From Eledone cirrhosa (Eukaryota), in assembly GCA_964016885.1 (NCBI GenBank), contig OZ024758.1, positions 2,976,001-3,040,000 of the forward strand: a stretch of 64,000 nt of DNA. Reading direction: 5' to 3'. The notes below the pieces were generated by a model. That model saw only the letters and a list, made by a program, of their open reading frames with translations, did no database searches and was not told the DNA's origin. Positions 55,614 to 64,000 of the stretch are shown piece after piece. The translations under genes and the position numbers were made by a program. Positions within the stretch are counted from its first letter, which is position 1; every line of letters begins with the position of its first letter.

Positions 55614-57276
55614 TTATATATATATATATATCTTTTTTGACTCAAGCGAAATGTGTGTGCGTAGGCTTATTTTTGCATATATTTTTGCATATATTACTAT
55701 CTAATTTGTTGAGATGTATTACTTCATTTCGAAACTATTTTATTCTTCGATAAGATCTTAATTATTCCCCGAAAGATTTACTATGGCGAAGTTTCATTAA
55801 TTTTCATAATTTTATTCTGAAATTTTATACAAGTGTTTATTTAATTTTAACTTAAATGAAAAAGAATGTTTTAACATTTCCTATGCAGAATGTTATGTTA
55901 GAATTTCGATTTTATGTTTCTTCTTCAATTAATCTTTTCATATTTCTTTGTATTAGTAGTGAGAACTTTGTGGAAAACATTCGATGAATTTAGTCTAGTT
56001 CTTATTACAATTTTTATTTAAGTAATAAACACAATACTAGAAGTTTTAAGATTTTATTCGTAAAATTTTTTCTTAAAGAATACTTTATGTGCACCATATG
56101 CACATATTCATGTAGATGGCGTTGCGCATGTGTGTGTGTAATACTTCACATTGAAATATCATGGCGTATCGCGTTAGTCAGTAAAATGGTGAACATCAGT
56201 ATTATGGTGATTGGGATGCTGCAATGTAACAACAAAAAACTTAATTCCCTCCAAACCTTTAATGTTAGACATCACTCTAAATAATTAATGTTATTCGCAA
56301 ACTCACATATTCAAAGTAGCAGCGCCTGCAACGTTTTCTTTCAAGGGTAAATATCTAAATATCTTAGCAATCGACTTTGAATAAACCTCCCTGCTAATGG
56401 GATACATTCCAGAAAATATTTCGACAGCTGAGGAAGTGTTTTTCCTGAATCCAACCTTGAAGTTATTTCTGGCGCCGCACCTGTATAGTAGTGGTTCTGA
56501 TTTACATCAAAATCTGGAGAGCAGATCCACAGATCCTTCTAGAAGAATCGCCGACAGAATGACCTCCTGCACAAAATACTCATATACTGAGATGCAATCC
56601 TACTGACCTATGGTGAATACTTGCTCTATTAAATTCCAGACATACAGACTGGTGACAACTACGTTGCTTTCTGCATTGTCCAGCCGCATATCTTAGTAAC
56701 CCAGATAAGGCTGGAAGGAGCTCAACATATCTAGGGCCAACAGTAAAGGCAACTGGCTTCTGTTTTAATAATCAGCTGCCGGTTTTGCCACTTACTAAGG
56801 ACCTTAGGTAAGACTTTAAGCAACTCGGTATATAATCATCTACTCTTTTTTGGTATATAAATGCCAAAATCAAACTCAAATTCTAATTATGGTTTTGCAA
56901 AAGGGTTTATATTTTAAACATTGAGGTCACGTGCATTATTCTTTAGTTTCTAAATTTTGGAACGAGTAATCTGCTCATACAGAAATATTTCTAACGAAAG
57001 GTGAGGCATATTTCTTTATTTAACATTCAGTTATTTTTTTATTGTATTTTATAAATTTATTATTAAGATTGCAAGAGCTCTCAAGTACATATATCATTTC
57101 TCATAATCTCAGATTTAGTCTTTCTAGCGACCGCACTGTTAGTGTATTTATTTGTGTGTATGTCTGAAAATCTTTTGGCCTCACAAAGATTGTCATGTAA
57201 GAACATTACATTTCTATGTTTTCACTTCATCTACAGATATTGCAGCTGCCGTCTAATCGTAGTTCTTATGTTCTTA

Positions 57277-57322
<46 letters not shown>
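57277..57322. repeat. (TAC)n microsatellite
   Basis: Direct inspection. Confidence 0.95.
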
Positions 57323-57323
<1 letters not shown>

Positions 57324-57353
57324 ATGGTTTAATTTCTTGTTCGCTAATAATAG

Positions 57354-57448
57354 TGATTTCTACATTTGGCAAAATGTGGGGAAAGTGACTGGTACTTTAT
57401 TTTACCGACCCTGTAAGGATGAAAGAAAAAGTTAACCTCGGCGGGATG
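57354..57448 (-). mobile_element. SINE family A fragment
   Basis: ctggtactttattttaccgaccctgtaaggatgaaag..gttaacctcggcggga. Confidence 0.75.
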
Positions 57449-57484
57449 TGTTCACTAATAATAATAATGAAAATAATAATAATG

Positions 57485-58230
57485 TCTTTATTAGCCACCC
57501 AAAGTTAACATTAAAAAAACATTAAAGACGAAACAGGTCATACAGTGCATGATTTAATCCGTAGACATTTTAACGAAAACCTGAAACTTAAACAAAATTC
57601 CCAATAGAAGGAAACCTCCGATTGTCTATCGGGGAGAAATCCTTCCAAAAGCCACGGGCGCCCTGACCGCTAGAACCTGTGACGCGTCCCAGCTTTCATC
57701 CCGAATTTACAGGTGCACACTTAGAGCTGGCTCATTCACTGCGGACAGGTTCGCTACTCTCACCCATCTTTCAACAAATTGGCTGGAAGAAAGCATTTCC
57801 CACTTCTCCTTGATTTTCTTCTTCGAATGAAGACGCTGAGCCTCGGAGGAGAGCAAAGTAGTTGTCTTTCCCCCTTTCAAATTTGTCCATCACTTTAACG
57901 ATGGTCACCTGACTATCATTCCCAGCTAAACGAATTTGGTCGGACGATCTTCAGCCAAAAGCGGGATTCATTCCAAACACGATAATAGCTGTTCAACAAA
58001 ATTCCACAAGTCAGAAATGGACGAGGGCATGCAGAGCGCTTTTGCTGCTCTGCGGGTATTGTAGACATTTCCATTGTAGACACAGAAAAAGAGAGAAGGA
58101 ATCCTCGAGGAACCGATTGCGTGATGTGAAACGGTTCCGATATGTGGTTATTTGCTTTGACCAGCGAGCAGTTGCTGCTGTATTTTGAAGCGATCCTGCT
58201 TGATTTGATGTGAGCCTGCAAACATTAATG
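57485..58230 (-). mobile_element. Decayed L1/Tx1-like LINE fragment
   Basis: Minus-strand SLVKANNHISEPFHITQSVPRG resembles the RT region before the QG motif. KKKIKEKWEMLSSSQFVERWVRVA resembles a LINE ORF2 C-terminus. Followed by a T-rich 3' UTR and taataaa. Confidence 0.6.
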
Positions 58231-58699
58231 TTTGAACTTAACTACAATGTTTTAAACCGTAATTGCAATAGAAGCCTTAGGGACATTGACTTGATGTTTG
58301 GATCGTTGGATGACATTAATGGGGTAGTATGCTTTACACAAGAAGCATAACAAAAGTTGATAGATGCCTAAGTCTGCATGGGACAACTTAATATCTAACA
58401 ATCCAGATACCGACAGAGGAACTACGAAATGGTAAGTAAAGAAACCGATTCTAATAACAACGACAACAATAGTAATCATAATACTAACAATAAAGATAAA
58501 TAAATAAATACAAAGTAGACAGATCTATATAGAGCAATAAATAGATCTATTAGGATAAATGTCACTGTAGATGTAAACATAAAAAAAGTTTTCAATGACA
58601 GCGCTATGGCTAAATATGGCGTCTTAAGAAGCAATGTGGTGGTGAGTCAGTAATAGAAGTCTGAGCTGTGTGAGGACACAGTAGGAAGGAAGAAAATTA

Positions 58700-58960
58700 A
58701 TAAAATGGTAGTCACGTAGGTCTAGAGGCAAAGTTGAGTGGAAGGAAAATGAAATTGAAGGTATAGGAATCGCGAAAGATAGAGTAAGGAAGCCACAGGC
58801 AGAATGAACGGGAAAATAAGAACACAGAGAATGAGCGAGAATCGTGTGGAAGGGAATTACCCATCTTTATAATTAGTAGGCTGGCCTTTAGGGATGCGAA
58901 ACTGCGTTGCTGTCATAGACAGAAGATGGTTGGGTGTTTAACTGCGATATCGGTTTCTCC
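58700..58960 (-). mobile_element. Possible CR1/L2-type LINE 3' remnant
   Basis: Minus-strand pieces SYFP and LPYSIFRDSYTFNF loosely resemble FFP....WN.LP.S.FP..YNL..F; heavily decayed. Confidence 0.3.
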
Positions 58961-59098
58961 GTCCGATTCTTGTCTTTGCACCAATCTCCCTAACATATAT
59001 TTAGGTATACTCTGCCATCAAAATTTGGTTTAATGTAAATTTCTGCCTTCATTTATCCCCTGTCTTTCCCTTTTATTTCCTTCATTTTTTCTTAATTT

Positions 59099-59218
59099 GA
59101 ACAAGCATATACATATATACCCACATACACACATATATATATATACTCATATAAACATACATACTTATAGACACACACTGCCACTCACATACACACAAAC
59201 TCATACACGTATATACAT
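59099..59218 (+). repeat. ~120-bp near-identical direct duplication (partner ~60088-60211)
   Basis: gaacaagcatatacatatatacccacatac..ctgccactcacatacacacaaactcatacacgtatataca occurs twice. Confidence 0.85.
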
Positions 59219-59267
59219 GACATTTCCACCTGTCTTGTTCATTTAATCTCTCTATCCCTCTCCCTCC

Positions 59268-59303
<36 letters not shown>

Positions 59304-60244
59304 TTATATATATGCATGTACGTATGTACGTATGTATGTCTATGTGTATATTTATTAGAATGGGTGTTTAAGACCCATAGAATTTAAAACATTCATACAG
59401 TAACTGAATTAGTACTTAATACATATGTGTAGCGTGTAAGTTATATTTTATGAGTTTCAGCTTGAACGCTTCATCCGGTAGCCAGAGTAAGCGACCAACC
59501 TGAAAGCCTGAATTAATTGCCATCCACAGAAAATATACATGAATGCATATATACTTCAATCTGTAACAACCAGTCTGGAATACGTAATGAGGTTTATATG
59601 ATCGACTAAAATTCCTGAATGAAGCTCCCCTGAAAGATAGAATTCTAGTGAATTAAACTAGTAGCATAATTACAAGCAAGGTAAATTAACAGCTAAATTC
59701 TTGGTCGTGATTCTTATTAACTTATCGAGAGGCTCATCCATTTTAAACGAGGCAGTGTTTCCTATTCAGTCTGTTAACACATGAATACTTTACTATAACG
59801 ACCTGAATTCTGATTCATGTAAATTATATAACCTTCCATTCTAGATTCGGAAATGATGTATATAATCTATAATAAAATATTCGCACATTGTCATAAAATA
59901 TAGTGGGTTCCAAGCGGGTGTTTCATAAATATCTAGATTCTACTACCTAACAATCCAAATACGATATATATCTTCAGATGTATGTGACACCTGAAAATGT
60001 AAATTAAATGATTCTTTAGTCAAAAGTCTGCACCAAACAAGACTATGAGATCTGAAGCCAACGGCGAAAAATAAAACAAGATACTTTGAACAAGCATATA
60101 CATATATACCCACATACACACATATATATATATATATACTCATATAAACATACATACTTATAGACGCACACTGCCACTCACATACACACAAACTCATACA
60201 CGTATATACATTGGAAACATAAGACGATGAGTGAGTCATCCTTT

Positions 60245-60882
60245 GATGGATTGGCAATATCGATAGAGGGACTGACGCCATGCTTTGCAGCAAAGATTAC
60301 GACCCTTTATGATCTGAATTCAAATCCCGCCGAGGTGAACTTTACCTTTCATCCTTACGCGTCGGATAAAATAAAGTACCTGTAATGCACTGGGTAATTG
60401 CTGGCCTTGTGCCCAAATTAGAAACAATTATTTGATGGATTGGCAGTATCGGTAGAGAGTCTGACGACATGCTTTGCAGTAAGGAGTTACGGCTCTTTAC
60501 AGTGTGGGTTCAAATTCCGCCGAGGTTATCTTTGCCTTTAAGCCGTACAGGGTCGATAAGATAAAGTACCAGTAATACACTGGGGTAGGTTTAATCGACC
60601 CCCCCCCACCCTCCACCAAAATTGCTGGCCTTGTGCCTAAATCAGAAACAATTATGTTAATCACCATAGGGAGTTGGATTGGCAGTATCCGTAGAGCGTC
60701 GGTCATCATGCTTGACAGCTTAGAGTTTTGGCCCTTTCATTCTGATTTCAAATCCCCCCGAGGTTAGCGTTGTATCCTTAAGTGGTTGATAAAATAAAGT
60801 ACCAGTAACGTACTGAGGTCGATTTAATCGATATGCCCCTCCCCCAAAATAGCTGGCCTTGTGCCTCATGTAGAAATCATTA
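60245..60882 (+). mobile_element. Three head-to-tail SINE family A copies (~60245-60430, 60434-60653, 60675-60882)
   Basis: Each starts tggattggca and ends ggccttgtgcc..agaaa. The copies are mutually diverged. Confidence 0.9.
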
Positions 60883-61279
60883 TTTGAATCATCCCGGCCC
60901 TTGTGGACTTTAATTTAGAAAAAAAAAACATCTTTTAAATCATCAAATTGTGAGGTCACTTTTAATGTAAGTCATCAGGTGTGTTATATATCTAGCTATA
61001 TCACTCATAAGGTGTCTAATAAACTTAGCCAGGTATATTTATCAAGTTAGTAACACCCACTGTGTTATATCTTACATATATAAGAATTTACATTGTTCGA
61101 TGTTAAATACGTAATAATTCACGTTAGAGTTTAGCTGACACATCTGCGAATATATTATAAATTTACTTTCACATCAGATGGTGATTTATGTTGTAATGTG
61201 TCATATAGATTTAGTAATTCATATTGTTATATAAGATAAACATCTGTTCAGTGTATCTTTCTTGAATATCTCAGTAAAG

Positions 61280-61557
61280 AATCGCTGGGTAGATTTTCGT
61301 GCAAAACCAACCACAAGGAAATTCAGCCCTAGACCCAAGGGAAAATGGTTGGATAACATACATGAACTTAATTGGTCTTACTTGGGGATTCAGCCAGATC
61401 AATGGGAGGTGATTGATTTTGATAGTATCCGTTGTAAGGACTGTTTGATGACTGCCCCCACGACCTTCCCAGAAATAATGGGGCGAAGAAGAAGAAGAAG
61501 AAGAAGAAGAAGAAGAAGAAGAAGAAGAAGAAGAAGAAGAAGAAGAAGAAGAAGAAG
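61280..61557 (+). mobile_element. RTE-clade LINE 3' end with a (GAA)n tail
   Basis: PRPKGKWLDNIHELNWSYLGI resembles the GRP..RW.D.I ORF end. Immediately followed by about 24 GAA units. Confidence 0.6.
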
Positions 61558-63199
61558 ATACGATGCCTTAGACGTTTAAGCCATTAACAGATATGTAATG
61601 TTCGGTAAAATATATATCAGCAGTTGTTTAAATTACTTAACAATATACTATATAAATCCTCAAATGCATTTTAAATCAGATAATTACTTTTGAAATGTAA
61701 ATAATTTTACTATGTATTGAACCAAGTTACCCGGCATCTGTAAACATATGATACTTAATTCAAGTTACTAGGTTTCTAAAAAAGGATTGACGTCTATATA
61801 ACCCAAAGGAAAACTACATTATTCATAAGAAATTTTATCTGAAATAGGCCAAAAATTCATCGGTACATATATAAAAAGAATATAAATATAATGATGCATT
61901 CGCTAATTTAAACTTAATTATATATTGTTAAAAATTATGTCTTACGTACATTTACCACATCTGTTTCGTTCTCAGGCGCGTTGTTACATTTAAAGTATTA
62001 TTACCAGTATAAGCACCAGGAAAATTATCTTTTCTTGAATTCAGTTTGAATGTCAGATTCCATGCAGCGTATTTCTTTATAATTGTAAGGTTTCAATATT
62101 TGCGTCGTTTTCCTTTCAATGCAGCAGTTGAGTTTTCTTTCTAAACATGTTAGAAAAGGTCTATATAACGGAAATCGAATGCAATTATTTCCGTGATTTT
62201 TACTATTGTATTACTTAGTGCATGAAAGGAAAAACCAGTGCGGAAGATTGTCCTTCCTTCCAATTCTCTACGATTGCACTCAACTCGAGCAAGATTTACC
62301 CACGGTAAAAATGAAATAAGAAGATACATATGATACTTGTTATAGCATCCATAACAGATATGTTGCTTGTTTTGTTTTTCTCTAATGTAAGGAGACGAAT
62401 CAAGGAAAGCATTGACTGCGTGCATGCCTGACGTAATATGTAAACTTGAGTAGAATGTAATTATGGAATCTATCTACATCCGTGCTTATATTGATTGCAT
62501 AGTAACAGTGTTGTGAATAAAACTTTGACATTTCCAAACCGTTCCCTCTCCTAGGATCCAATCTTGATATTTTATAAAGCAAAATATATTTTATATTGTG
62601 AATATAAAGCGAAAACCTAACTCAACAGTGAGAGCGTTTTACAATATTTTACTGGCAATATTAGGAAAAAAAGAAGCTCCTCAAATTGAACAATATAAAC
62701 ATTTCCATTCACTGTTGACATAATCTCTCTATTTCCATATCATTTAATCCGACTAGATGTCATTATTCCCTGTAATACATAATATTCAAATGAATTTAGA
62801 GGAAAATTTAGTGACATCTTTGTAAGTGAAATGTTTTTCTTTCCCAATTTTCAGTAACATTATACGTGTAGCAGTCTTTCACTTCTGAACGGATCCAAAG
62901 TATGTACTTATTTATTTATTGATTCAATTTAAACGTCATTAGAGAGCTAGTATGCCATGAGAGACTAGGTGGAGTATCGAGTACTCCCTTTATAACAGAC
63001 ATACACACACACAGACACACGCAAACAAACACCTTTATTCTCTTCCCAATTTATGCCTTTTACATTTGACTTCGCTCGATCCCATTTTTATTATTATTTG
63101 TCGACTACACAAAATGACCAATCCATCATATAGACGGTATAATATGTGCTTTATAAAGTCCTTGTTTTACCGGCATATATACCATATCGATATTTCTCT

Positions 63200-63500
63200 A
63201 GAAGCTACCGTATCTGTATCAGTGAGCTACTGAACATCAATTGTCATGTCAAGAGTACTCTAACTATACGGCCATATAAAAAGATCAACTCGTGGTGTGA
63301 ATAGGTTATGTCTGGAATGGAGGTTGGCTGGTAGAGAGAAGCAGAGACCGACAGCCAAAACGATGGCTTGATAATGTCAACTTATGGACTGGACTTGATC
63401 TTTGCTCTTTAAACACTGCTGCTGGTGATCGCCCTTTGTGGAGAGAGACATCACATGTTAATGCGCAGTCTGCAACTGGCGGAATTTAGCGTAACAAGAA
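63200..63500 (+). mobile_element. Second copy of the same LINE 3' region
   Basis: Shares aaaagatcaactcgtggtgtgaataggttatg, ttgataatgtcaacttatggactggacttgatcttt and gttaatgcgcagtctgcaactggc with 33190-33500. Confidence 0.7.
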
Positions 63501-64000
63501 GGAAGGCCCCCCATGTATGTAACTGAGACCTGAGAACTCCAGGTGTTTTCCACGAGATCTTTACACTATAATAATAGAATTATATGTATATACATGTCGG
63601 TTTTATCACATTATGTCCTATTCCTATTTGTTTTATAACCTACCTGACTACTAGATATAACCTGGTTTCACGGAAACATGCTTCTGGTTTATGAAATGAA
63701 CATAGAATTAGATTTGATTGTTGAGGAAGATAAAGAGCGTGATGTAAAAATACACATTCTGTATCTGATAATAATTACTTCTGATTTCTTTTTTTCATAT
63801 TTGGCTATTTTTGAGCTTCTATTAATTTCTAATGACACGCTTGGCTCTTTATATGAATAATATTTCGATTTGTCAAACACGGTTTGCTTCTTAGAGAGCA
63901 CTTCTGTCTGGTTCATAAACACACACGTACACGCACCCACACACCCACATACACACACCCACATACACACACACACACACATATAGATATATAGATATAT

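Noticed and set aside
56397-56760. GC-richer segment as exon or TE ORF
   Set aside because: Stops interrupt the frames and no diagnostic motif could be supported.
61262-61579. Poly-arginine protein ORF
   Set aside because: Produced by the (GAA)n tail of a LINE remnant.
62150-62425. 91-aa minus-strand ORF or possible exon
   Set aside because: No recognisable motif and ambiguous splice signals on both strands.

Overview
AT-rich, microsatellite-dense animal genomic DNA. The SINE repertoire points to an octopod cephalopod (inference). Nearly all listed ORFs are (TA)n/(CA)n/(GA)n artefacts. Identifiable content: about 13 copies of one tRNA-derived SINE, a second SINE family, decayed LINE fragments (CRE-like, RTE-like, L1/Tx1-like), a non-autonomous Helitron, MITEs, a cryptic ~4 kb degenerate ~38-bp tandem array, and two tentative + strand exons. 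The standout is a 4.3 kb array of apparently identical 311-bp units (49894-54160) inserted in (TA)n. Each full unit carries an intact minimal type I hammerhead ribozyme inside a long stem, and the array inverts 3 nt from a predicted cleavage site. This fits a retrozyme-like or Penelope-associated self-cleaving RNA element. Several other small TA-embedded fold-back elements carry decayed hammerhead cores, suggesting a wider family of ribozyme-bearing, microsatellite-targeting retroelements. All structures and homologies were judged by eye; no folding or database search was run.
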